Source of the DNA: Octopus sinensis
Lineage: Eukaryota
Direction: 5' to 3'
NCBI RefSeq assembly: GCF_006345805.1
Contig: NC_043013.1
Location: 22,878,001 to 22,942,000 of the forward strand
DNA length: 64,000 nucleotides
The position numbers and the translations under genes are program-made. Positions 28,289 through 40,935 of the stretch are shown here, in pieces (the first letter of the stretch is position 1; the number at the start of each line of letters is the position of its first letter). Under the pieces are notes generated by a model that was given only the letters and a program-made list of their open reading frames with translations, did not search any database and was not told where the DNA came from.

Positions 28289-28404
28289 ATATATATATAT
28301 GTGTATGTATGTATGTATGTATGTATTATGTATGTAGGTATGTATGTATATATTATATGTATGTATATATTATATGTATGTATATATATATATGTATGTA
28401 TATA

Positions 28405-28435
<31 letters not shown>

Positions 28436-28436
28436 G

Positions 28437-28523
<87 letters not shown>

Positions 28524-28665
28524 AATACATATTCAGTAAATATTATTAATACTATTAATTATTAATAGGGTTTGGCCTATTTACTGAATCTCAGTTTTTT
28601 ACGCGCTAAACCATTGGTGTTAAACTGATATTATTAAATTAATATACAATTGTTCACCCTCATTT

Positions 28666-28712
<47 letters not shown>

Positions 28713-28775
28713 CAAGTAGATAGATATACATAACACATATGTGTGTATATGTATATATGTATATGCATATATATG

Positions 28776-28831
<56 letters not shown>

Positions 28832-29404
28832 TGTATATATATATATAAGCCTGTTTATACACCTGTTTTCGTTTTACTGTAAATTTCAACTATATATATA
28901 TATATATATATATATATTCTTAAATCATCTAGTATGGTTTTTAAGAGTCACCCACGCAGACGAATCTAAATCTAGCCCGATTAAGAGGCCCTGGTGTGAC
29001 TACTGGTGCAACAGTCTCTCGAGATTAAAATTTCTATGTTCGAGTGGAGAAATGTTGCTTAACGCTGAATAACGACAACTAAGTGGATTTATAGGTTTAT
29101 ATTTAAATCGATAAGTTTTACGCTTCATTATAATCTTATTGGTTACATCTAATTCATCTAATGTTTAGAAATCAGACAGTCCAGTGGGCATTTTGTTTTT
29201 CAATTTAATAGAGCAGTATCGATTTGGCTTTCGGTCGAGTAGGAAACCTCAAGTGAAATCGTGCAAGAAGTTAGAAAGAAAAGGAATTTTATCGGAAAAT
29301 GTCGGCTTGGTTCCACATTCGTAAGGAAGAGGTATTGTCGATCTGTCTTGCTCTGTCAGGAGGGAGGGCGTGTTTAAGAACCTGCCAGGGCCTGCCATCT
29401 TATA

Positions 29405-30202
29405 GGAGGAAAGAACATTGGTAGTGTTCCCCACATGCTGATGGATGACAAACGATAAACCAAACAGCCAATACCACTAGCATATCCCGAGAGAGAGAGA
29501 GAGTTAAAGATATTCTGCGCAATGAACTTTCGATGATGAAGATTTCTGCTCGGCGAGTGTCACGTCTTCTGACACGTGATCAGAAGCGCACCAGCCAGGG
29601 TGAGTGTTGCGTTCAACACTTTGAGCCAGAGACAAAGAGATACCCTTGCTCATCTGCTCCAAAAGAAGGCCAAGCTCGTTTCATCTGGAGGGAAGGTGGC
29701 GGCCTCAGTTTTCTAGGATGCAAAAGGCATCGTGTTTATTGACTATCTTCCAAATGGAGAGTACTACGCAAATTAGCTGAGGCAATTGCAAAAGTTTATG
29801 AAGAGACTAAACGGCCCAGAAAACTGACAAAAGGGTCTTGTTTCTTCAGGACAATGCACCTGCACACAAGTCCTTTGTTTTAATGGTTGCTGTGAGTGAC
29901 TGTGACTTTGAGCTGGTTGATCACCCTCTCCGTCCTTCTGATTTAGACCCGTCTGACTACCATGTGTTCCCAGCATAAAGAAACGTTTGGCTGGGAACCA
30001 GTAACGCGGTGATGATGACGTCATACCGGCTGTTGACCACTTTTTGACCAACATGATGAGCAATCACCAATAGGATCCAAGCACTGAAACACCGAAAGAA
30101 AACGTGTGTGGACCGCAATGTGGACTAAGTTGCAAAGTAAACCTCATCTAGTCACCTTTTAAGAGAGTAGTTTGGTCAGCCTATGAACTTTTCAGCCGAT
30201 CG
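29405..30202 (+). mobile_element. Degenerate mariner (irritans/Himar-like) with internal deletions
   Basis: Fragments MMKISARRVSRLLTRDQK, HFEPETKR, GGKVAASVF*DAKGIVFIDYL, FLQDNAPAHKS, DLDPSDYHVFP; decayed TIR-like end cagcctatgaacttttcagccg. Confidence 0.85.
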
Positions 30203-30302
30203 TTGGAGTCTAACCATGACCCAATAATAGAATGCAAAATATCTCATCTTGATCTGACTACCACCTCCTCAAGCTTGTCATCAGTGACTCTACTCTTCAA
30301 TA

Positions 30303-30684
30303 TCGTAATATATAAAACGGTATCTATGTCCCAAGGTGCAACAAGGGGTATGAAATTTGTAAAGAAGCAATTTTTTTTAGGAAAAGACCAAGGTCATGTG
30401 ACATTTCACTCACATTTCCTCTTTTTAGAGAAAATGAATAAGAATACGATACTTCATCCCCCCCCTGCATCCCCATGAATTTGAGCAGTTTTGGAAAATA
30501 AACATAAAAGTAAAATGTTAGTTTATACCGCTGGTGTTGCATCATTCGAAGAATTGTCTGCGTGCAACAATTGTGAGTGAATCAGCAATCCCAGACCAAC
30601 TGAACATTGTCAGCATCATTTTAAAACAATTTGTGTTTATTTTAGGCATTAATTAGCCCGGACAAGGCCGGCTGCTGTTGCTAG
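30303..30684 (+). mobile_element. Non-autonomous Helitron-like element
   Basis: A|TCgtaatatataaaac start; 3' hairpin gcccggacaaggccggc followed by CTAG|T. Confidence 0.6.
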
Positions 30685-30819
30685 TCCGGCTATAAACCTT
30701 GGCTTTCATTTCACTCTACAAATAAATACAATCAAAAGAACTAATGATCACTTTAGTCATTTGATTCGAGCAACATCAACGCTGCTCAATTATACACAGA
30801 TACAAACATATATATACAC

Positions 30820-30892
<73 letters not shown>

Positions 30893-30917
30893 CATGTGTG
30901 TGTGTGTGTGCATGTGT

Positions 30918-30963
<46 letters not shown>

Positions 30964-31262
30964 TGTGTGTGTGTGTGTGTGTGCGTATCAATTAGTGTTG
31001 CAAAATCAATAATCGAAAAATTACAGCGTATATTGGCTGAAATTAGAGAAAATTAATTTCAGAATGTGTTTGAAAATGATTTTATTTTTCCCCATTTTAT
31101 GTTTCTCTCTGCCTCATTGTTTCACTCTTTCACTCTGTCTTCCTTTCTATCAGCTTCTTCCTCCCTCTCTCGCTCTCCTTCCCTCTCTCCCTCTCGCTAT
31201 ATATATATATATATATATATATACATAATGATAGATACATGTTTGTGCGTGTGTATATATAC

Positions 31263-31339
<77 letters not shown>

Positions 31340-31349
31340 CATACATACA

Positions 31350-31385
<36 letters not shown>

Positions 31386-31387
31386 TA

Positions 31388-31433
<46 letters not shown>

Positions 31434-33469
31434 ACGCACAAAGGCTGAACTCTGCCATACTTACCTCCCATTAAAGCACCAAATAAAGATGTACTCTCCA
31501 TTTGGGGCTCCTGCAACCTAAATTGTTACGGAGCATATTTATAAACAATTTATAAGAGGAGCCAGTAGGATTACAGATCTGCACAGCTAATAGCCGACAT
31601 GAAGCTAATAACAACATTTTACTTGATAATGAATAAATTATAAACATTAATTACTAAATTTTTGTTTGATTAAACATGAGGCCATTGTATTAAGAGAATT
31701 AAGAGGTTGTGTCATACAAGTATTCGCCCAAGGACATTAGGAAAGTGAAATGAAAGATCTGTAACTCACGTCGTCAGAACTGACTTGCAAATCACAGTCG
31801 TTCTCAGATTCACACAGAAGAATTGCAAAAAGATATCTCGACAGTTTCATTGCCGTGAACAATGAAAAGTCTAACGTTTCGTGAACTTGTTCTTGGGTCT
31901 CCTTTATGAAGATTCCTTGTTACCGACGCTTACCAAGACCAATATCTGCAAGCAGAGATTCCACCCACATTATTCCACTCCATGCTGTTTTCTGTGCGTT
32001 TATTCTTACTCATGCGATCAGAACTGCCATGAGTTTTAAATTTGCATTTTAAGCTGATTTGTGAATGATTTCGGTGTCCTTTCTTTACTCTTGATAACAA
32101 TAATTTCTTAATTTTATATTTTAGTATTTTTTATATTTTTATATTTTAGTATTTAGTATTTTTTTAAATGTCTTTATTCTAGGACCAATAAATACAATTG
32201 AAAATGTTCCGAATGAGAATTAACAGATGTTAGCCAGGGAATATGGTACAGGTTATTCCAAACATCTTCGGTAACATTAGCGTTAATGTTGTTGTTGTAT
32301 AGCTCCAAATCGGCACTGAATGATCGAATTCTGATCGAAGGTGCTTCTGTTGTAATTATGCTATTTTCTGAGACATCATTCAATGTCTTACCTCGTTTTT
32401 AAGACAGCGGCGTTTGATGGGAGATGTTCATGATCGTCATCATCATCATCACCTTACTGTCCCAAGCGCATTTCTCCACGGGAATCGGTGCTGACCAAAA
32501 AGGGACACATTTACGTACGGTGGATAGTGGAGTGGCCTCCATATATGGCAGATTGCAGCAAATAGCTCTTAAGCAAATAAGCAATCGTGGACCAACGACA
32601 ACGGATTTACTGAAGGGAGGGGACTCACCAGGTAACATTGCTAATTCGTGAAAACTCTCAACCCCAACGCTGAGCTTGTGATGAAGCCTTGAGGGGTTGC
32701 ATCTTTAAAGAAGCCTAGTCTTTGTACGGGATGGGCAGAAGAAGCACCCATATCTGTAGTTGGCAGAAAAGCCGAACTTTCTGGCCAGCGATAGCCACAG
32801 AACAACAGCAAGTGCAATTATGTAATCTTGATTTTGACCCCTGTGCTGCAGTATTTACGGGTGGACTGGCAGCAAAGCGACATTCAACAGAGTGCTGGGT
32901 ACAGTTGATACTACTCCTACCATCGCAAAATTAATCTTGGCCATTGAAATAAGCCGGGATCTGTCAAGTTATTGGGTTTAGGAAACCACAGATGGCAGCC
33001 GCCAACTTTAATTTCTCTGTGGTCTTAACTATGTGAAGTCCAGATGCCACACAAATTTCCTTGTGAATGAACCCTGCATATACCCACCCTTTCGTTTATC
33101 TCCAAATCTAAACACATGTATCATACAATTATTATGATAGCTGCTGCCTGAGATGTGAGACTGTACTAAGTTGTCTGTCAATATTAGCACAGTTTCCAAT
33201 ACAAATATTTATCAACTGTGCCGTGTCGATTTATTAATATCTTTATGCAACTTGAGAGAATGTACTTTAATCTTTCTCTGTTTGCATTGTCTACAGTCAT
33301 TGTGTGACAATTATTTGCAGTCGGTTCTTTGGATGGTAGACAATGGTATTGCGTTAAACTTTAGCTGCATCTTCAGGCAGGATGTGGTTTCTCTTGATTT
33401 CCATTTACCTTTTCGACCTACTCTAGTCTTAACTATGTGAAGCTTTTCCTTGATGTAGGTTTTACTATA

Positions 33470-33850
33470 AGCATTATTAAATCTCAGAATGAGATTCGAG
33501 CGATTACTGTTTCAATCTCATTCTGAGATTTAATAATGCTTACTGTCAGTTTTTCGAAATCAGTGGCAGACGTCACTAGAAAACTCTTATATATTTGCAA
33601 GGCGGCCTTCTCTTTCATCGCGACCTGGTGGTTACCGCCCGTTGACAAGGGACAAAAATCCCGAAACTAGTCCGAGCGTATTACTCAGGCTTGCGAGGAA
33701 GGGATGGCTTCCCTTTGCAAATACTTCAAGGGCACTGAAATGGTGTCTAAAGCCAGCTAGAGACGACGATCTCCTAGGGCTATAAAGCTACAGTAACACC
33801 CCCTCCCCTATGTGGTAAGCCATGTTAAGATGGCTTCTATACTTTACAGA
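33470..33850 (+). mobile_element. ~380 bp structured HHR-bearing insertion (retrozyme-like monomer)
   Basis: Flanked by direct repeat ttttactata (33460-33469, 33851-33860); 29-bp perfect hairpin arms at ~33468-33542; long rod 33592-33723 enclosing the HHR. Confidence 0.7.
33633..33680 (+). ncRNA. Type I hammerhead ribozyme, U3-A8 core variant
   Basis: uac-cgcccg UUGACAA ggga-caaaaa-uccc GAAA cuag UC cgagcg-ua; palindromic stem III, GUC site. Confidence 0.68.
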
Positions 33851-34867
33851 TTTTACTATAGTTTCATCGAAACGATTTCACTTTGCTCTTCACCGAAATA
33901 CAACTTTCCTTTCCTCTCCTTTTCCTCTCCTTCTCCTCTCCAATACTAAACACTCGGTTCTATGTCAGGTTAACTTTTAACCGGAGAACACTTTAAGTTG
34001 ATTCGTTTTTGTTGATCATCCTTCATCCAGTAGGTTTATAAACTCAGTACAATCTCACATCTCAGGCAGCGACTATTACAATAATTGAATAATACATGTG
34101 TCTAGATTTGGATATAAACGAAAGGGTAGGTATACGCAGAGTGAAATCACAAGGACCCATGTTCGATTTATCGTCAATCGCCTGTCATCCATCAGTATGT
34201 GGTGAATATGACCAATCGTAACTATCCAATCTATTATTCGGACACTCTCTCTTACATGCACGCGCACTCACACACTCACACACAAACACATTCTCACTCA
34301 CATCCTCATAAATATGAACATAGAATCTGTAAACTAGGAGGCTGTTAATCCTGGATTAAGCAGAGCATGTCATTGATGATGTCGTGAATGGCAACGAAAG
34401 GACTCTGACGAACCTAGTTGGCTGATTGACGGATCGATCAATCGAACTATCGTTATGTCGATAATGAACGATCAATCAAACTATTAGTTAAACGGTTAAC
34501 TAATTGATTAATAAGAATAAAAGAAGTGAATAGTACCAGTGCATGTGTCTATTTCTGGCATAATGACCCTCCCACGATATCACTAAATCTATTTCAACAA
34601 ACACGTTTATAATAAGAACCCTGAAAGGCAAATACAAAAACTCAAAATAAACATACATTCCACTCTTCCTTTCTCTTTCTTCCCACATGCATACATAAAT
34701 ACCGACATACATACATAGATACATACATACATACATAGATACATACATACATACATACATGCATGTATATATACCTATATACACACATGCTCATATATAC
34801 TTACATATATACGTTCATACATATATACATGTATTTGCGTGTGTATTGCGTGTTTGTTTGTATAGAA

Positions 34868-34933
<66 letters not shown>

Positions 34934-35449
34934 CATATATGATCGTGTGCACGTGTATATCTGTTTCATATCCTTTTCGTTTCCCCGGTATAGTTTTGTA
35001 TGTCGTTTGTTTTCAGTTCGTTCCCTTTATAAACATTTACCCCCAAAGTCGTTTTTTTTTTTGCTACTTTTAAATGTAGAGAACCTCTTAGACATGTTTC
35101 ATACAAGTACACGTAATACGAGGTATATAATTGTACGCCTGTCCGTGCATGTATTCACACGCCTGTCCGTGCATGTATTCACACGCCTGTCCGTGCATGT
35201 ATTATTTTTTTTACATGAACTTCTCTACTGAAAGAAAACCTTTCCTTTCTCATTAGAAAAGCTGGTTGCTTGAGAAGGACACGGTTACAGCTATTGTTGT
35301 TTGATGTATAGTAATTACAAACAGGCTCCTCTCTCGATCGATCGATCGAACTAAATAATGTTGATATTTATGTATGCATACACAAACGTTTATAAATAGA
35401 TGCACATACATACATGTACACACACATATATATATAAGCTTACACATAC

Positions 35450-35526
<77 letters not shown>

Positions 35527-35537
35527 TAATGTATATA

Positions 35538-36791
35538 TTGGGTCATCTATAAATAATGTGGATGTTTATACTTCTTTTATTTTCCAAAATTATGATAAAC
35601 GAAGTTTTTTTTAATCTAAAATATACTCTCCTTCATTTCCTACAATGTTCTTCAATCTATCTGGTAGACTTGCAAGGCCCCTCTTCCAAAATTCATTTAT
35701 CCGTCACTAAAAATACTCTTCCAGTATTGTTCTGACCTCGTCTACAGAATTCATATTTTTCTCGTCCAAATGATTTTGAAGATTGCGGAATAAATGATAA
35801 TCAGTTGGGACAATGTCCGGCGAATATGGTGGATGGGGCAGCGTTTCCCATTCAAACTGTTCCAGCCTTTGGAATGTCATCCTCGCTGTATGTGGCCAAG
35901 CATTATCCTGATGGAAGAACACCTTTCGTCTTGAAACCAGAAATGGTCGTTTTTCTTCTAGTGCTGACTTAAGCCACTCAAGCTGCTCGCAGCAGATCTC
36001 CTTTGCTATCATTCGGTTTGGGTTTAAAAGTTCAATGCGGACTAAACCTTTTATATTCCACCAAACAGATAACAACACCTCACATGGGTGAAGACCTTTA
36101 GCCTTGGGTGCCGGTTTTTCCCCTCTCGGCGCTTGACATTTTTTATAGAGAACCTATTTCTCGTCATCAGTCACTATTCGGTGAAAAAAAAAAGGTCCAT
36201 TAGTGAGACGAGACAACAGAGAAGAGCATACATTCACTCTCTGCGCGCGATTAGAGTCGGAAAGTTTGTGAGGCACTCTTTGACTCGGTCTGCTGACTTT
36301 TCCGATGGCAGGCAGGTGTCGATGAATGGTTGAATGGCCAAATCCAAGCCTCTCTGCTAGTTCCTCAACAGTTACAATGGGATTTTGTTCCAGCGGGCTT
36401 TGCAGGACGTCTTCGTCGAACTCTACAGACCTTCCAGGACGAGGCTCGTCTTCTAGGCTCGGAATTCCTGGAACCACTATTGACACTGGCTTACACTTCT
36501 TGTCCGATCCCCAAACACTGCATTAATATTCCTCGCACTTTCCGTTGCGTTGTTGCCTTTATTGAACTCATAAAGTAAAATATGCAGAATGTGCTCCTTT
36601 GTCACTTCCATTATAGCTTCGAAAGAATAACAGTTAAAATCTGCACTCTTCAAACCTTTCACTAAGAATAAGTACAAGGTGAAATTACTACCTGCTTTTG
36701 TAGCAAGTCGATACGGGTAGTTTATCCCGTCTCCCTCTAACATTTAGTTCATGCAATTGAAAAGAACCGCATTATTCATGGGATGACCAAA
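35538..36791 (-). mobile_element. Full-length (~1.25 kb) but frameshifted mariner with TIRs and TA target duplication
   Basis: TIRs ttgggtcatctataaataatgtgg / ccgcattattcatgggatgaccaaa flanked by TA; ORF pieces 36477-36743, 36154-36486 and 35707-36078 give HTH, IVTDDEK, HQDNA and PYSPDIVPTDYHLF (D,D34D). Confidence 0.95.
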
Positions 36792-36794
36792 TAT

Positions 36795-36831
<37 letters not shown>

Positions 36832-37099
36832 GATACATATATGTGTGTATACTAATGTATGTTTTTATATTTGGCTATAATAAAAACAATTTTTACATTA
36901 ATCTGATGGGTTACCCTATACTTTTGTAGAGAACGAATTTATCATTCTTAAATAAGAATATTATTGACAGTGAATTTTTAGTCACTGTTGTCACTGTTAA
37001 CAGTATTATAGATCCATTACAGCCGATTCTATTAAGCGGTTTCGCACTGAATATCATGTAATTAGAAATCTATCTAAAACACGTGCTCTTAGTGCCATC

Positions 37100-37290
37100 C
37101 CCGAAGAGCCCTATATTTGATGTGACAATATGACGACAAAAATCAATCCTCCATACTCTACCAACATGGAGGCACACCGGGTCAACATGACATCCGTATT
37201 CTATCCAAGCAGCCAAAGGACCCAGCACTCAGGCAAGTACAAGAATACATCCGCATTAATGAAATATCCCCAGTACTAAATAGGAAATAT
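37100..37290 (+). mobile_element. Possible Penelope GIY-YIG endonuclease C-terminal fragment
   Basis: HGGTPGQHDIRILSKQPKDPALRQVQEYIRINEISPVLNRK fits the H.....IL......R...E...I....P.LN pattern. Confidence 0.5.
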
Positions 37291-38149
37291 ACATAGGTGT
37301 CATACCCCAATACCCACAGTTTTTATATACACAGACAGTGTTGTTAGTAGGCCGTTATGCAGGCGTGTGTGTGTGTCTATGTATATATGTGTGTATATAT
37401 ATGTAGGTAAATGGATATGTATATGTAGATAAATGGATAGATATATGGACAGGTAGATATACAGATAGATAGGTATGTAGGTAATATGAACAGACGGGCA
37501 CACACACATACATACATACATACATATATGCATACATACATAACAGACGCATATACATAATCACACAAACATGCACACACAGGGAGACACAAATACACAC
37601 ACACATTCAAACACAAACACAAAAATACACACATAAACAGGAACACACAAGCACATGGATATGCAGAACACATACATACAAACGTGCGCACATGCATACA
37701 TATATACATACATATGCGTATGCGCACGCATACTGACGCACACGCATGCGCACAAACAAGCAAACAAAAAAGAAACTCAGTTTCAATAACGACTATTGAA
37801 AAGGTTACAAGACGGAACGAAAACTTTAGTAAAAATAAATAAGTAAATGAGTGGAAATCGGACCGGTGAGTGTGTTAAGTAATAAGACACTAAAACACGC
37901 GAATTCACATAAAGAATCTTGCAAACCGAATACAAAAAAGAAATATATATATATATATATTAGAGGGAAACTACAATGTGGACACCCTTATGCTAGAAAT
38001 AGATCCGCCATGATCTTACCATTAAGAAATGTTCTCAAGAAAAATTTAACAAAACAACCAAAACGTAATCGAGCAAGACAAAAGAAAAAGCAATATTTTT
38101 ATTGCTTTTTCTTTTGTCTTGCTCGATTACATTTTTACTGAATATAATA

Positions 38150-38330
38150 CAATTTTACTGAACCTTCAGTCTTTTTATATGCTAGACCACTGGTGTGAAA
38201 TCGATGTGAAACTGAGCCCGTATGGGAGGATCTGCAAACAGATCTCTGACTTGTTTTGGAGAATTTGTTGCAACTGCTTCCTCCAGAATCGTATCCCAAT
38301 GGGTTCCGGATTCGGCCAGGAATGATTTTA
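38150..38330 (-). mobile_element. Helitron Rep/helicase linker fragment
   Basis: LAESGTHWDTILEEAVATNSPKQVRDLFA resembles Helitron LL..D..W...L.EA.....P.QLR.LFA. Confidence 0.55.
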
Positions 38331-38449
38331 ATTTACTCACGGAGTCAGCCTGATTCCAAAATGGCACGACATGTTGGGCTACGGCCTCTAGGAGTAAAGT
38401 TGAAAAAGTGTGACACACTGACTTTCACATTTATTATATTATATTATTA

Positions 38450-38672
38450 TAAGTCCTCGAGCTGGCAGAACCGTTAGCACGCCGGGCGAAATGCTTGGCA
38501 GTATTCCGTCTTGTCTTTACGTTGTGAGTTCAAATTCCGCCGAGATCGATTTTATCTTTCATCCTTTCGGGCTCGATAAAATTAGCACCAGTTATGTACT
38601 GGTGTTGATGTAATCAACTTAATTCCTTCCCCAAAAATTTGAGGCCTTGTGCTTCCAGTAGAAAGGAATTAT
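38450..38672 (+). mobile_element. Family-1 SINE
   Basis: cgagctggcagaaccgttagcacgccgggcgaaatgc...gagttcaaattccgccgag...tttcatcctttcgggctcgataaa. Confidence 0.88.
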
Positions 38673-40211
38673 TAAAGTTGAAAACATGTGACATACTGCA
38701 TTCACATTTATTATATTAGATATGTTTAATTTGGGTGAAACTTTATTTCTTTAATTAAAGTGTATTTTTTGCTCTCTATAAATTTCTCGGTAAAACAGAA
38801 ACATTTGTTACAAGAGTAGAAATTCTTGCACTTCGTTCAAAATTTCTTTAACTTTATATTTATTATAAAATAAAACTCGTAATCCCGGGTCTCGTAAAGC
38901 GGGCCCTCGTAAGGTGATGTATTACTGCATATTATTTTAGTTATCTCCAGGTAGATTTCAAGGCAGAGCATGGCTAATTTATCATCAATTAATATCGGTA
39001 AATGATCGTTCGAGTAAATATTACTTGAACGAAACCCAGACAACTATAGAGACAATTATGTTCCGCGTTGCGAAAAATATTGATCAACGATTGGATTTAT
39101 ATCTAATTGATTTCTATCTTCGTTTTTCGTCGCAGTCACGCGATCGTCAAATGGTGTAATTGAGCTGCACCAATTTGTTTTGCGATTGATTTCTTTTTAA
39201 CTTTGTAAGAGATCGAATGACGAGAGTTCCTAGGTTTGGTGTCTTTATTCTTTTGTCTATGATGAACTTAAAGAACATTGGTTGTTAGCCTTTTGTGTGA
39301 TACATGATCTTTATGTGCCGAAGAAAAAATTGGTACAAGGCAATGCATTGTCTGTAAAGCATACCACCAATTAATTTTGGCCCCAGCATTTGATTAGTGC
39401 ATTTTTTTTTTACTTTATTTTAACAATTACGGAAGATTTGAGGACAAAGTTAACTTTGAAAGGATTCGAGAATCAGATCATAAAGTAGTTTAATGATAAA
39501 AAAACAACAACTGCTGCAGAGAATTTTGTCCGCAACTTTCACGATTCTGCCAAACCGCTGCGCTCTTTGCCGAGATAAAAATGTTATCAGCCATTACGAG
39601 AAAGATTTCGCAATTCAAATGAAGTTTATTGTTTTTGCTGCTGTTTATTTATTCCCATTTTGTTGTAGTTGATTCCTGGCGGGCATTAACATATATTATA
39701 GCATCGTTGATGCAAAGAGATCAAAAGGAAGCAACACCATTTCGGATAATTTCCTTCAATTGTAAAGTACAAGAGGATTATAATCTTCCTATAATTTGGC
39801 TGAAATATTCCGGGGATCCAACTACACATTTTTAGATGCATCGATCTTGATTTATTATCATTTTATATGTATATGTAAGCTTTACAATCGATATTTCTAT
39901 CAATAAATCTTCTTAGATGTTTTAGGTAACCGCTGTTATGAGATGACGTGGGAAGTCGTTTAATGGGGGAGGGGCACGGTTATTTTATGCTTACTTCAAT
40001 TCCTCGACCCATTAAAATTGCATAACACTTTGTCAATGTGTTACATAACATGGGTGTCCCCTGTGTGTGCGTGCACACACACATGTATGTATATATATAC
40101 GAGTGTGCGTATGTACACGTGCACACATATATATATATATGATGTATACATTGTGCATCTATGTATGTATGTGTACATATATATACATATGTCTATATAT
40201 GTGTATACATG

Positions 40212-40251
<40 letters not shown>

Positions 40252-40710
40252 AATATATAAATATCATTTATGTTGCTGCTGCTGTCGTTGTTGATTAATC
40301 TGACGGTCTGCACTGATCGAGCAGATTTATAATCACAGTCTTTCCAACCGTGACTATCCGTCTTTTGGGCATTTCAAAGTGTTGCCCAAAACCAATATGA
40401 GCATTTTCCCAATAACAAAGTGAAATCTTCAGGAAGACCATGAGAAATTCAAATGACAAACTGGCCATCCTCAGTGGATGTTGGATCAAAGAATCTATGC
40501 TCAATAATTAGGAATTCTTTTAGGCGATCTTGTGAAGATACAAGGCAAGACGCAGCAGAACAAGTCTACCTCTCAAACATAGATGTATCATCATTCAGTA
40601 ATGTTATGTTATCAAGACATAAAACTTAGCAGCGATTTAAGCAATTGAGGAATCATTTACACTTTAATACAAGGGGCTCTATAACAAAAATATTACCAGA
40701 CATAATGTAT

Positions 40711-40935
40711 GTTTGTTGTTTAAACGCCAGAAACTGTGGTTTTTGCCCGGGTAAAAATCCCTTTAAAGACCTAGTTTTAAAGAACACAATATGCTTCAGA
40801 GCTAGAGGAAACGAAATCTGGAGCGATTTGATTTCACCGAAACCTAAAGTATATTGTATTCTTTTTAAGAATTTACGTCTGTAAAGAGTTGTTTCCCGGC
40901 CGAAAACTGTAGTTTCTGGCGTTTAAACAACACAC
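40711..40935. mobile_element. MITE-like element with ~60 bp imperfect terminal inverted repeats
   Basis: gttgtttaaacgccagaaact...tttaaagac versus gtctgtaaag...agtttctggcgtttaaacaac. Confidence 0.65.

Noticed and set aside
32400-32950. Possible RTE-type 5' UTR or ribozyme
   Set aside because: Only a vague resemblance; no motif or fold I can demonstrate from the sequence
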